This document shows, one piece after another, positions 13,278 through 26,508 of a stretch of DNA of 64,000 nucleotides (position 1 is the stretch's first letter; every line of letters starts with the position of its first letter). The notes below the pieces were generated by a model. That model searched no databases. It was not told the origin of the DNA and saw only the letters and a program-made list of their open reading frames with translations. Position numbers and translations under genes: made by a program. This stretch comes from Lingula anatina (taxonomy: Eukaryota; Animalia; Brachiopoda), in assembly GCA_051362555.1 (NCBI GenBank), contig CM120648.1, forward strand, positions 5,390,587 through 5,454,586, written 5' to 3'.

Positions 13278-16200
13278 GTAGGGAGGGAGGGGAAGAGAGA
13301 GAGATATGGTGCTAAAGAAATGTATTACAGGAGTATATTTCAGTCAGTTCCATTCAATAAATTCTAATCCTACAGGGTAATTAAATATAATGAAACAATA
13401 AAACTCCAGTGCAGTGTATCCCTGTAGAGTGAGATAGCCAACAGAGAAAGCTCAAAGATGCCCATCATCAGTAGAGTTTTAGTCATCCATCCTGTTGGGA
13501 ATTTCACACATTAAGTCTATTGATTTTTGTCTGGAGTGAATCACTTCAGATTATGTACAATGATATGGAGAAGCACGCTGAACTTAGGTTGAAGATGCAC
13601 CCAGGACTATTTAGTCATTTTGGAATGGTTTTGTGCTCATGCCTGCGAAAGATAAACATTATAGTAATTTTCTGCACAAGTGCAGTACATTGTGTGTCTT
13701 CAACCTTAGCATTGCCGTCTTTTGATGGTTTTGGTGAAATTGTTCAGTTCTGACTGGCAACATCTTGAATTAAGATGATGTATTTTAACATGGTTGGATA
13801 TGATGGCTGGCTGAGTCATTTTCTTGAAACATTTTGCACAGTTGAAGATGACAATAATAACATTTTAGCCCACGATGATTCTTTTAATAACAACATCGTG
13901 ATGTGAAGTGAGCAGAAACTTAAAGATGAGATGTTTTCCTTGAAATTAGACATCATGCCAACTTAATAGTTCTAGAATCTATGAAGTTTATAAATAGTAC
14001 AATTTTCTTATTAAGACATGAAAAAAGCATATGACGAAAAGAACTTATCCATATACTTGAAAAGTAGTACCTGTAGCAGGAACAAAAGATAATTGACCCA
14101 TGGGTGTACTAGTATACCTTCAATTCATAATTTTTCAAAAATTGAACTTGGAAATCTGAATTTTTTCCCTTGACTGTTTTCTTTCTTAAGCTATCCCCAA
14201 CCCCCCCCCCTCCCCTTTAGTAAGGCCAATGAGCATTTCTTTCTACTTTTTGCTATAACCCAATATCATATCCGACTTAAAAAATCAAACGAGAATGGTG
14301 GGATTGCTGTACGTCTTTCATAAGCATGACTTGGGGTACGTAAAGCGTGTCTTTTAAATTACACCTTTTATTCTGGGATTGGGACTGAAATTGATTTCTG
14401 AGAGGAAACTACCTCAGAGAAAAGACATGTTTGTAAATACATTTCTGCAGTGTAGCAATACATTGTAGTTAAATTACAATTTTTCCTTTGAGAGTTGCAC
14501 TGGAATGGCATGTGTCTTGACATAGAGGTTGGAATTGCTTGTATCTGGTAAAGATCAAACAGCAGCCTGATTGGGAACGAAACTTTATTTTCAGCATTGA
14601 GGATGTTGGCTCTTCTCCTTAGAACTAATGTTTTGCATGAAAATATTTCAAAAGATAAATGTTGTTCTACAAAGAAAAAATACCTCGAAGTGCTTTGCCA
14701 ACATTTCTTATCATTTCGGAAAAATCAGACTGTCTTGAGAAAATACATATTCCACCTATATAATGGACAAATGGACAAATGTTCAGCCTCTTCCTTACAA
14801 TATTAAAGGAAAGACCAATTCGCCTGAAAAAAAAAAAATCCCCAACAGAACATCTGCTAAAACTTGCAGGCAAGTGAGAAGGGTTGTTTATAACCTAGGC
14901 TGTAGTTATCTCCGTGCCTTTTGGAGGAAGGTAAACACATCTGACAGGGCTAGTTAAACAGGAGGGCTAACTCCACATGTTAGGTGTTCTACAGTGGTAG
15001 TAGAATCTCTTCACTGGATGTTACTGTCCTGGGTCATGGCCAGCAGCTTCTGGTTTGGGGTTCTCAATTTGATTTTAAAGGGGCAGTGCCAGGGGTCTGG
15101 GGAGAGGGGGGGGGGTAATGAAGGAGAGAGAAAGGGGTGCATAGACTTCATTTCTTAGATGTCTGAAAAAAAACCCAAGCAGTATTACAAATTGTTTCTT
15201 CAAACTCAGTTCATTAATTATTATGTTTAACAAATAAAATTATGGAATTATTTTTGTAATTTTTACTACTAATTACTAAGAAATTAAAGCACCTTAAGAA
15301 AACATAGAGACATTTATCATGTATTGATTTCATGACACAGAGTAATGACACTGCTACATCAACAGGAAATATATTCCATGTGTTCATTTCGCCTAAAAAT
15401 CAACCTCATTAATTTCGTCAATAGATGAGTCGTTGTTTACAAACACGCAGCATAGAAGCTGGGTGAAGGAAAATGTTAAAAGGAAATATCTGTTTCTGCC
15501 CAGCTGAGAAGGTAATTGGAAAGGAAAAACCCATTATGAAGACTGGACTTTTTGTGTTTTTTACCCGAAAATGGAACATTTATATTGGACACTTGTAGAA
15601 TGCACGTCTTTTAATAGTTCCATTTCATTATGACAAGACAAAAACCTGTTCTTGTGTCTTTAAGCTGAGTGCAACCTAATAATTCACCAGCTTTTCTGTA
15701 TTTCACTCAACGCCAGGAGGAGGTCTGTTAATCAGTTAAACTGATTGCTTTCAGCGAGTCCCAGTTGAGTTGGATCGATCTGCATAGACTGATAGTTTCA
15801 ATTGGAACGAGCTATTTACAATTGAAAAATCCATTAGGGATTTATGTGGCCCATCCAGTCAACCAATTCTTATCTAAAGCTCTGTTCACAACCAAGTTGA
15901 GCTGCTGCCTAACTGACCCATAACCCAAAATGGCCAGAGAGAGTTTCTTTTTCACTCAGAAAGATGCTACAGCATTCTGTGAGCTGCTCTTGCTATGCAT
16001 CATTGAGACTTATAACACATTGCCAACCTACAGTTGTGCAATATCTTGTAATTTAAAATAATGACCAGTTAATGAGTGTGGCAGATATAGGGAGAAATCA
16101 GCCTAAGGACAGTTTAAATTGTAATTAATAAACTGGTGATGAGAAAGACCTGATTGTAATGAGGATCTAAGATCACACAGATATATAAGAGCATACATGA

Positions 16201-16740
16201 ATACTAATGGCCAAATGCTGAAAGTGATTTGTTGTGCCAAATAAAGTGAAAGTTTTTCTATTGATATTCATTTATTTTTCCCATTTGTTAAAAACAATGT
16301 TATTTGGGAAAATTACAAAATGTTTTTAGATAATGTCAAAAAGAGGGAGCTAGATTAAGTGCTAATGATGATGTTCTAGTGAAAGCTTTTAAATCCATGG
16401 TGTAGATTGTGGGTAATTGGATCTTGGTAACTCGTGGTTGTTTGATGTAGTTAAAACGAATCAAATGGTTGTGCGTGTGTTTAGTGGCAGTTTTCTGAGA
16501 AATTTCCGGGTATCTGTTTTTGTTGTCAGCCTTCAATTTACTGGAAAACAAAATTAATGGGAAAAAAAGCAATTGCTGTGTTGTATGTTGATGTGATGTG
16601 GTTGGAATGCCATTACTGGTACATTTGTGGTTATGGGATGTAGAGCACTGCTGGAAAAAAAAAAGAAATGATGGGAAAAATGATGAAATAAGACTTATGT
16701 ACATTGTCATTGTTTAGATATAAGAAAAGAGGGTTGAGAA

Positions 16741-16753
16741 AGAGAGAGAGAGA

Positions 16754-16789
<36 letters not shown>

Positions 16790-16856
16790 GGCAGGGGAGG
16801 TGTGTGTATGTATGTGTGTGTGTGTGTGTGAGAGAGTGTGTGAGAGAGAGAGAGAG
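16741..16856. repeat. Compound (GA)n/(GT)n microsatellite
   Basis: Alternating GA and GT runs. Confidence 0.9.
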
Positions 16857-17386
16857 CGCGGCTGCAGTCTCCTGGGCAGAACCATCTGTCCTGCGGCTTC
16901 TTCTGGAATAAGGAAGCGTGAACAGACTTCAAAGTAATTGTATTCACCATCCATCTGACTTAATTGACTTTGCCATACAACATATGGCAGACGAGGAAAT
17001 ACCAATCACCTTTTTTTTTTCGTGAAAAATGGTACAGGAAGAGAAAATAAAATTGATAATACCTTTGTTATGCAATGATTGGTAAAATATGAATTTTGAT
17101 ACTTCCAGTGGACTCATTGTAAACATAATTGATTATTTTCAAATAAAATATTTGAACTGTGCGCCAGATGGATTTCAAAGTTGGATTTCATTTTCTGGAA
17201 AAAAAAATAAGGATTATGATGATAATAGTGATAATATAATATTTATGATAATATTTATAATAACAGTAACAGCAATCATAATAACAAAAATGAACAGACC
17301 AACCTGAAAGATGAACTAATCCAAATTGTGGAAATAATAGTTAATAAACAGTAAAACTGATGTCTTTATATATTTGTATTTTCCAG

Positions 17387-17520
17387 CTGGTAGCAGCAGA
17401 AAGTAGTGCCTCAGATACACAGTCCCAGTGTGATTCACAGCAGGGGGATCCCACCCCACCCCCCAACCTTCCAGGAGAGAGAGTGGGAGGAATTGGAGAC
17501 AGTCGCCCGCCATCTTTTCA
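17387..17520 (+). CDS. dvl: Dishevelled coding exon 3 (LVAAESSASDTQSQC...ERVGGIGDSRPPSF(H))
   Basis: ttttccag acceptor; 134 nt, phase 0 to 2; CA|GTAAGT donor; Dvl hallmark GGIGDSRPPSFH. Confidence 0.96.
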
Positions 17521-20500
17521 GTAAGTGTTTTGATGCATTCAGGCCATAGACTAAAGAAAAAAAAGAAGAAGAAATAACACAGTATGGATAGAACTACAAA
17601 TCTTGTTTGATCATTTCAAGATTTATGGATTTAATTGGCTTATAAAACAACGTGCACTTTGAAACCCAGTGCACTGTTCACAGCTTTGAAGTCATCTTCG
17701 TCTTTGTCTAGTGTGGTCCATTATCTCAAGACTCACCAATGTCAACTTGTTATCCAAAATCTTGTTGCTATTTTGTGAAGCTCAGGCCATATTGAGGGTA
17801 TTATAAACCAACCGAATCATCATTATTGGCTTAAAGAAGATGATCTATCCATCATCCAGCTAAATAAATCAGTGGGTTAGTTATTTAAGTAGGAGGCTAT
17901 GTATTTGTACCCGCCCCCCTCCAACCCATCCAACTAGCCACCCAGCCACCCACCCCTTAGGAAATCTAACATATTTTTGCCAAGAGGGTCTTGGTTTTGA
18001 CCCCAGCCTTTTCTCCAGTTACTGCTAGTGCCCCAGGAACAGTAGAAAGTGTAAGGTTATTCTTCAAAAAATTTGCATTCTGTGAAATCATTTCACTTGA
18101 ATAAGGTTTTCTTCATAATACTTGAAGAAATTGATTGTTGAATACTTAGAATAGTTGGGTTTAAGATGGAAATGCTGCTTTAAAAGGAAACAAAATTGTG
18201 AAGAAAGATACGCTGAGAATAATTGGTATTCGAAAGTTGTGAACCACTACAGTACTACAGTAGGGCTACAGGTGCGCAAACACCATTAGGTCAGTTTGAT
18301 TGGTTTAGAAGGCTTATTATAGACAACATGGGGCATCTCTACAGGTAGTAAAATGCCTGACTACAGGAGAGAGATTGGCTTGCTGAGTGCTTGCTCCTTG
18401 CTGGACGGGCTTTGCCTGAAAGTGACATTCACTCAGTACATTGCAGATGCAGGTAGTCTGCAATCAGAGTGCTTTTATGCTGTGTTTATTTCAGCTCCCA
18501 CATATTTATTTATTTATTTGTATGCAAAGAAATTGTGAACTGTATTTTGAAGTTATAACAGGGATCAGGATATTAAAAATTATAAACTTAAGAAAAAAAA
18601 CTTATTTTATTCTTTCATTCTAAATTTTACCTTAATTTTTGTTGAACATAATTATGTGGACATAGCAAGTATACCACAGCATGACGTCATGCAATCAACA
18701 ACTTGCCAGATATTTTGACTGTAGCAACAGTTACACGTAATGCGCCTGGTGTAAAGGCCCCAGTTTGTGCCACTCTGATTTCCACTGGATTTGTCTTGTG
18801 TCAGTTGTGTGTGTGTAAATGATGCTCACTCTGATTCCCACCTGATTTGTCTTGCGTGTGCAAATGAGCCTTAGCTTTCAGAGTCAAATGGATGCTGGTT
18901 GATGTTTACACTTGCTGCTGTTTATGCTGCTACTGTGTTAACAGGGAATTCATTTGGCTGAGGGGTTAGAAGATGGTTAGACTTGTTTTGGGGATGACTG
19001 GAAGGTCAAAATAGGTGTTTTGTGGCCAAATTAACTTACACTGAAGAATTAAAAGAAAAGAAAAAAAAAAAAGATGAGACACTGAAGCATTTAAAGAAAA
19101 GAAAAAAAAAAAAGATGAGGTAGATCTGTTGAGTGGGGGGGGGGGGGGGGGGGGCGTTTTGAAAAAAGTAAGAGATATTTTTCTTAGTTAGAGATATTTT
19201 TCTTAGTAACATTATGGCAAATGTTTACTCAAAGAGTAAACATGAAAACATTAACATGGTTCGCCAATCTCAGTCTTTTTTCTCTGTTGTCTTTCTATTC
19301 CTTAGCCTTTGTTACTGAGCCACCTTCTGTGCTGAGATAGTTTGTTAAGTGGTCATAGCTTTACTATAGATACACCCTAATAAGCATCTTCAATAATCCA
19401 TGTACTTAATTGCTGGCGCCCAAACCCAGTGTGTGATTTGTGTTAATTGAGTAGTTTTGCTTATTTTTGAAGTATTCTCAATTTCTGTTGGGAACTTCAT
19501 GAAGACAAGTATGTTAAGTGCACTTCAACATAATTCTTTTAAGTAACCAGTCCAGGTATTTTGGGTTGTTAAACAGGTGTAAGTCTCAGTGGATACGTAC
19601 AGGTTTCCTTAACAACATTGTATGTATGTAAAAAATTTGGATAGATCATGTTTTGAATAATAGAGTTATGTAAAGAATAAAGCCTTTTACATAAGCTTTT
19701 ACATAAGTTTTTACATAAGCTTGAGTATTTTAAGAATGTATGAAAAACTGAAACACATACCTCTGGAAATGCAAAATTAGATTATTGTCGTAAACAAGGG
19801 GCATGTGCAAAAATATAAACATGTACGTGCAAGTAGATTGTTGAAGATGAACAGACACATAGGGATGAGAGGTCAAGTAGCAACAGTGTGACAACTTTGA
19901 TATAAACAGATCATTCTCATGTATCCAATCTGCAAGAACTGGCCCACCTGTGCTTATTATGTGAGAAGAACACACACATGTATGCATGTGTGCACGACTT
20001 AAACAATAATTTACAAACCAGAATATGGCCCAAAAGCTAAAAAATCTTAGCTTTGAAAAAAAAAAAACAAAAACAATATACTAATTCACCAGCAAGATAT
20101 CTCACTAGAATGTTACTAGTACAGACATGATTTTTTCCCCCGATTTAAATCACAAAACTATTTTTTTTTTCTGGCAGTTTTTCTACTTAAAGCAGGAAGG
20201 CTTATAGTTTGGTTTTACATTCCCACTTATTTTTAGAGAAGTCAAAAAGAAAGAGTAAGATTCAATGATGTTTCAGAAACTAAATTGCTTTATTTAACAA
20301 GTTATGTTACTTGGCTATCAGTTAACTTATTCATTGAAGTCAGAAAACGAAATAGAATGTTAAATCAAACATTGATGATTAACATCATGTTATCCTTTCA
20401 GTTAACCAGCACAGATAATTGCTAGCCTTTATTTATTTTGATATATCATAATAATCTTTCTTCTTTCTCCAAGCATTGAATAGATTCTGAAGATGAGTCC

Positions 20501-20580
20501 ATGAAATTACCATAGACCTCTTGTTTATCCCCGTCTTATTTTGATGTAATCTGTATGGGGTTTCTTTGTGTATATTTCAG

Positions 20581-20666
20581 TGCTAACGCCTCATCAGTCC
20601 ACAGCCAAGACAACGAGCCATGTGACACATGTACAGAGACAGACTCCGTTATCAGCTCACGACGAG
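20581..20666 (+). CDS. dvl: Dishevelled coding exon 4 ((H)ANASSVHSQDNEPCDTCTETDSVISSRR)
   Basis: atatttcag acceptor; 86 nt, phase 2 to 1; G|GTAGGA donor; resembles vertebrate Dvl HPN...ETETESVVSLRR. Confidence 0.9.
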
Positions 20667-21163
20667 GTAGGATGTGTGTGTGTGTGTGTGTGCGCGCATG
20701 TGTGTATATGTGTGGGAGAGAGAAAAGGAGCTGATTTTGTTTATATTCAGCATTCATGATTGTGTTTTTTTTTAATATCAAAAATGCATGTCCTTCTCTG
20801 TTTTACTTTTGCTTTGCAGTCCACTTGCTCTACTTGTTATTGAATGCTATGCTCAGACTTATGTTTGTTATGTCAGATTGTTCAAAGGCACCTTTTTATA
20901 TATGCAAGACTGCACATCAGTTTGTCTAGATAATAAATATTAGACAAATAGAGGAAGTATACCTGAATGTATGTGTGTAAAATGCCCCTACATTGATTTT
21001 AAATTGTGTTAGCTGTGACTGGAGCACAATGACTGTGGTTGTGCCTAACTGGGTGAGACAGATTGTGTTGTGCTTGCCTGAGTGAGACGGGTTGTGTTGT
21101 GCATTTAGTGAGCCAGATTGAGATGAATTGAGTAATCAACTGAACACGGGTCATGTTTCACAG

Positions 21164-21184
21164 TTGCTGGCGAGGGGAAGAGAG
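21164..21184 (+). CDS. dvl: Candidate 21-nt Dishevelled microexon ((V)AGEGKR)
   Basis: tgtttcacag|ttgctggcgaggggaagagag|GTAAGT; symmetric phase 1, no stop codon. Confidence 0.5.
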
Positions 21185-23034
21185 GTAAGTGACCTTTAAT
21201 ATTCATAAATTTTAACGTCTACAGACAAAATGCACAGCTTGTGTTAGACTGTTAAGTTGAGGTTAGATTCAACAGGTGAACACCCATGAAAAAAAAAAAA
21301 GACTAAGGAAAAAGAGAATGAAAGCAATTATATCATAAGTTTAGTCAAGATGAGTTACAGTATATATACAACCTACAGCATATATATACAAACGGAAGAT
21401 GATACCTTTTTTCCCCAGGGGTAATTTTCATCAGAGATGAAGGACTGCCTGTTATGTTTTGAACTTGGGCAATCATAGGTGAACAATTTTATTGCAACAT
21501 TTTTATGGCAAAGTTGCTGCTTTGCAGTCTTACAGAAAGGAACCCAGAATTGAGATTCAAAGATACCAAGGTGGACTCTTCAGAAACATTTACACTGAAA
21601 AAAAAAAAAAAAAGAAAAGAAAAGCATAATCAACAATATCTTAAAAGGGGGAAGAAAGAAAGCAAAAATAGACAAAACATCATGTTGCAATTGTGCAGTA
21701 TTTCACAAACAGGGCAAGATTTTAGCCTCAATGAATTCATCTCAACAGATGGCAGCACCTAGGGGAAGGCTCAAGAGAAACCTCTGCCCATATTTTATTT
21801 GCTAGAATGATTACCCACCTCTTGATATTGATAGAGATAGGAGGATAAGGCATAATTCCAAGCAACAACAGACCTCACTAGGTTTCAGGAGAATTTACCA
21901 ACAAGAAGTTAAAATGTCCGCACCTCTGTGAAGATTTTCTACGGAAGATAACATTGTTGGATGTAAACACTCCCCACAGAATGAATGAATGGATTGGAAG
22001 GTGGGGAAAATTGGAAAGAAGATAGCCACTTTTGTGTTGGACAGGATTGATTGGTGATTGATAATGGGACCTTGGCAGTGATGGGAACCCAGTAAGCTCC
22101 TTGTGCATTACTTTTCCAGACAACCAGGAAATTTGCTCTAGAAATATTTTCAAATCTGAAAATAAATGGAAAAGGAACAAGGATAAAAGTCCGAGGGCAT
22201 CGTTTAAACAGTAGACATTAACTGTATAGGCTTACATCTGGAGAGTTTGAGTTCTGGTGGGAATGCCAACTGTGACTTGGAACTGACTTGTGTATTTTGA
22301 TACACTGATTTGATTACTGTTCAAGCAGTCCTTGGCAGATAGGCTTAGTGGCATTAAAAGGTAATGTGAGAACAGTAAATGATTTGATGATTACGCAGTA
22401 GCAGTCTTTTAAAGAATGCAAAATGTTTTTGTAAATTTTCAGTTTTGGAACACACTTGTGGAAAAGATTTCAGATTAAATCACCATACAACCTAAGATAA
22501 ATTTTATAATGTTTTTGTTATAAATTGAGGAGACAAATTACAGTGTTTTACATTTTAGTCAGTAAACATTTTATGTGTCCAAATTTAGCACCAAATAACT
22601 CATATTTTTAAAAAAATTGATTATTTGTCCAGAAAAGGGCCCTAGGTCTGAAATTTCATGCTGCAAGAATTTTTACACCTAATTGATGTCAATAACAGTA
22701 ATTACATACAGGATAACAATAACGGTGTCTGCTAAACTCTCATTATAACAGCCCAAATTTCACAGCAGTGTCAACAGAGCGACGGGTGACTTTGTGTCAC
22801 TTCAACCAGTGATCTGTCATTGTCACCTGTCCTGGAATGACGTTAATTAGCTCGCGGGGGTGACAATTAGGAGGCGGGGTGCGCAGGCCACATGGTATCA
22901 AGAGGGAGGGGTCAGAAGAGCACAGTTCATTTCATGGGGTATGACTGTGAACAAAATGTCTGTTTCTTCCCCGTGTTTATGCTAAGTTTTATGGTTTATC
23001 GAGACTTTCCAAGGCAGCTGGTCGGGCTTGATAT

Positions 23035-23068
<34 letters not shown>

Positions 23069-23671
23069 CAGTGAAACTTTCAAGAGACTTATGATGATGT
23101 GTGTTTATTTGTCATCTTCACTGGTGTTTATCATGTATATGGAGAAACTGTATGGGTGCCTAGGTGTTTTATATTTTGATAGATATTGAGAATAAGGAAC
23201 TAACACACATAAGAGAGGGGAAATTAAAGTAATTGTAGAGGAAATTCTGGGAAGGAAAAATGATAATGGGGGTTTGGAAGAGGTATTTTATCTCATTTGA
23301 AAAGTAAACCTTAAAGAGGAAAAGCTGATGTGATATGTCTTGGTGCAAAACAAAGTGATATGGCAGGATCTAAACAGACCTTTCTACCAAGTTATGTTAT
23401 ATTCTTATTGCAAAAAACAAATTTATCCCCCCCCCCCCCCCCGACTTCCTATTCCTTGTGCTTCCTAATGGTGCAGAATATCAAGTATTAAAGTCTTTCT
23501 GGTTTTAAGAGCAGTCAACTAAACAGTGCCAGTCCCTCAGTATAAAACTTATCAGTCTAAGTTTATTGCATAATGTTCCCTCATATAGTATGGTTATAAT
23601 CTTCAAGTAATTGATTTTTCTATTTATGCTGTAGACTATAAGAATAACTGCCCATTACTGATGATTGTGAT

Positions 23672-23900
23672 GGTCATTATATTGGTCCAAGGACGGTATT
23701 TTGATATTTGCAAGGTATGGTCATTTTGATTGTACGTGGTGGTCATTATATTGATCTGAGGGAGGTCTTTACGTACACATAAGTTATGGTCATTTTGATT
23801 AAAGATAGTACCCATTGTGTTGGGGTAAGGCTGGTCCTTTCATTAATAGTAAGTAATGGTCTGTTTGATTATGAAATAGTGGACATTTTCATAAGTTGTG
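23672..23900. repeat. Degenerate minisatellite, about 23-bp subunits (ggtcatt...gatt) in an about 69-bp higher-order period
   Basis: Recurring ggtcattatattg / ggtcattttgatt blocks; boundaries approximate. Confidence 0.6.
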
Positions 23901-25374
23901 AATGAGATGGGTCATTTTACAGATGGACCCTTTCAAACTGAGATTATGGTAAATTTTAAAATAACAGGTGAAAGAGTGCATGAGATTAATTTCTGCTATG
24001 ACAGTCTTGGCATTTGTCTGACCATTGGTCATTTCTGATGTCCAGTTTTTTTATGAGAATGCCAAGTGAAATTTGATATTTATTAAAGGAAATAAGTTGC
24101 TTTACAAGAGGCTTTAAATGTGCCGGTTTGATAACAACTACACTTGATTGACTTCAAAACTGTCAGAAACAAAAAATATCTGCTAGCGTGACAGTATTTG
24201 GACATGCAAGCAGTATTTCGCATTGATAAAGTGATTTAAACCTGACTGTTAATTGTCTGAAAGGGAGTTAACCATAAAGGTCAAGGAGCCTCGCGTGTGT
24301 ATGCCAAGTTCTGCATTGGACAGCATAAACCAAAAGTTCACAGATTGCCAATGTGAGAAAGAAACAGTTATCAGGTTGAGTATCATTTTTTATTGTCTGG
24401 GAGAGATTGATATTAAGACGTAGTTATTGGTAGGTCACTTTGACAGTTGAAGCATATTTCCCTTTAAATCGTCAGATTTTTTATGTTTAAATGGCTATTA
24501 CACACATTGGTTCATGTAATAGCTGACCTTATGGTCAGGCCAAGTTCATACCTTTCAAATTAAGCAAAAAGTTATAAAAGCTGGCTCATGTATTTGGAGA
24601 GGTGTGATCAAAGTTATAAACTTGCTCATATAGGTAGGGGCTGGTCGAGAGTGTTGTACAGGAAGAAAATTATTACAACTTCCGAGCATCTGGTGCAAGA
24701 GAAATGTTTTTGACATCTCATCGATCTCGTCACACATGGCTCTTAATTACTGAAATGGATTTATAATCAATTCGGACAAAGTGTCACATTAATTGCTTAA
24801 TTTGATAGCTATCAAATTGGGATAAACTCTTTCTATTGACTGAAAAAAAAAAACACTTGTTACATATTTGAATGCAATTATCACTGCCATAACATATGGG
24901 ACATTTCAGGATTTTTATTGATCCTTGTTCAAAACTTGTACTTATTTATTTTTGAAATTGTGTATAAAAACTTATGCAAAAGAAATTTTATGTATGTCTG
25001 CTATGAATTGAAGCACATGTGCATGTTTGGGTTTTAAGAAGCGCTATCTGGACACTGAGAGCCATGTTTTGCTCTCTACGGCCGAATTTATCTGTCCAGT
25101 CGGAGACAGGATGGCCACTTGGACATTCACTACATATCTGTTCAGGCATTTTAACCCTGAAGTTTTGACAGGTATATCAGAGATATTTGTTAACTGTATC
25201 AGAAGTATATTTGAAGAGATGTTGACCTGCTGGATTTACATGTAATCTTGTCTCGTGCATTGCTTGTCTTCGTAGATAAATGTTGTTTGGGATTTATGTA
25301 GGACTGATATTGCAATAGTTGATATTTCTCTCTCTGTCCCTCTTTCTCTCCACAACATCTTACAAAACTGCATG

Positions 25375-25380
<6 letters not shown>

Positions 25381-25422
<42 letters not shown>
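25381..25422. repeat. (TC)n microsatellite
   Basis: Perfect TC run. Confidence 0.95.
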
Positions 25423-25428
<6 letters not shown>

Positions 25429-26010
25429 ATCTTACAAAAATCTATGTTTAAAGTTCGCTGGTGACTTTTTAGGACCCACATAAAAATGTATGGAGATAAA
25501 ATATTATCACATAGATCATGCCTTACATGTAGGTCCTCCGGATATTGGAGGATTTATTATCACCCGCCTTGCTCCTCACTGGTGAAATCTTCATAAACTG
25601 ATTTAGGAAAGGAAGTGGAAAATTGTCTACTACTAACTTGAATTTAAAAGCCTCCCTCCCTTCCTTTAGGCCATGCCTTGTTTTAGACAGACCCCACCCC
25701 TGTTATCCATGCCTTGTTTTGAATAAGCCTCTAGGATGACTGGGGGGTTTGCTTTTATCTTCCTGATTTATCTAAATGTTTGAAGAGAGCAGACATCAGG
25801 GAAGCAAACACAAAGTCCAAGGTTACTCTGGCTAATTAAGGAAGATTTTTTGGGGGGCCAGGTGAGAGAGTTGTGGTGAGACTTCTTAAATTTATACAGA
25901 TATAAAAGTATGTACTTATTACTTATTGTAAAATTAAAGTAGCTGTTTTGATAAACAAGTTAAAATATTTTGATATTATGTTTAAATATTGAGTTATGAT
26001 TCTCATGTTA

Positions 26011-26508
26011 AGGGGGCCGCACACGGTGAGCATTTGGCGCGCGCACGTTTTCTTATCGTGTGCGGGGGTATTTTGGTGAGAATTTTGCCTCACGCGTGGC
26101 TGAGCAAAATTTCTCACGTGTTTGATTTTTTTGGTCTCTTGAGGCAAATGTCTCAGCGTGTGCGGGGTGCAAGCGCCGATTGCTCACGCCATGCCAACAA
26201 TGCGCATGTGCCAGTAGCCGGAAACAAACAAAAATGGCAGCCCCCAGCGAAGTCAACAAAAATGTACACAGTTATAGTTAGTCTGATTGATTAACGTGGT
26301 CATCATTATCCATTACTATCAGAAAAAACAACAAAATGTAATGTTTCCTTAAACACATGATCCCACAGTTCGCGGTGCGTCCGATAGGGGCAGGCCTGGA
26401 GGCATCTCTGCTGAGCAAAGAGCGCATCGTTTGCGGGGAGCTGAGGAGCGCGAGCATCTGGCGCAGCGCAAGTGGCGCACGCCGAATGCTCACCGTGTGC
26501 GGGCCCCT
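26011..26508. mobile_element. MITE family B, non-autonomous PIF/Harbinger-like DNA transposon (498 bp)
   Basis: About 30-bp TIRs agggggccgcacacggtgagcatttggcg / cgccgaatgctcaccgtgtgcgggcccct; TTA/TTA TSD; GC- and CpG-rich island in an AT-rich intron; no transposase motif. Confidence 0.9.

Noticed and set aside
19040-19207. Short local direct duplications (also near 18770, 21030, 37995, 40685 and 63500)
   Set aside because: Ordinary slippage duplications with no sign of function.
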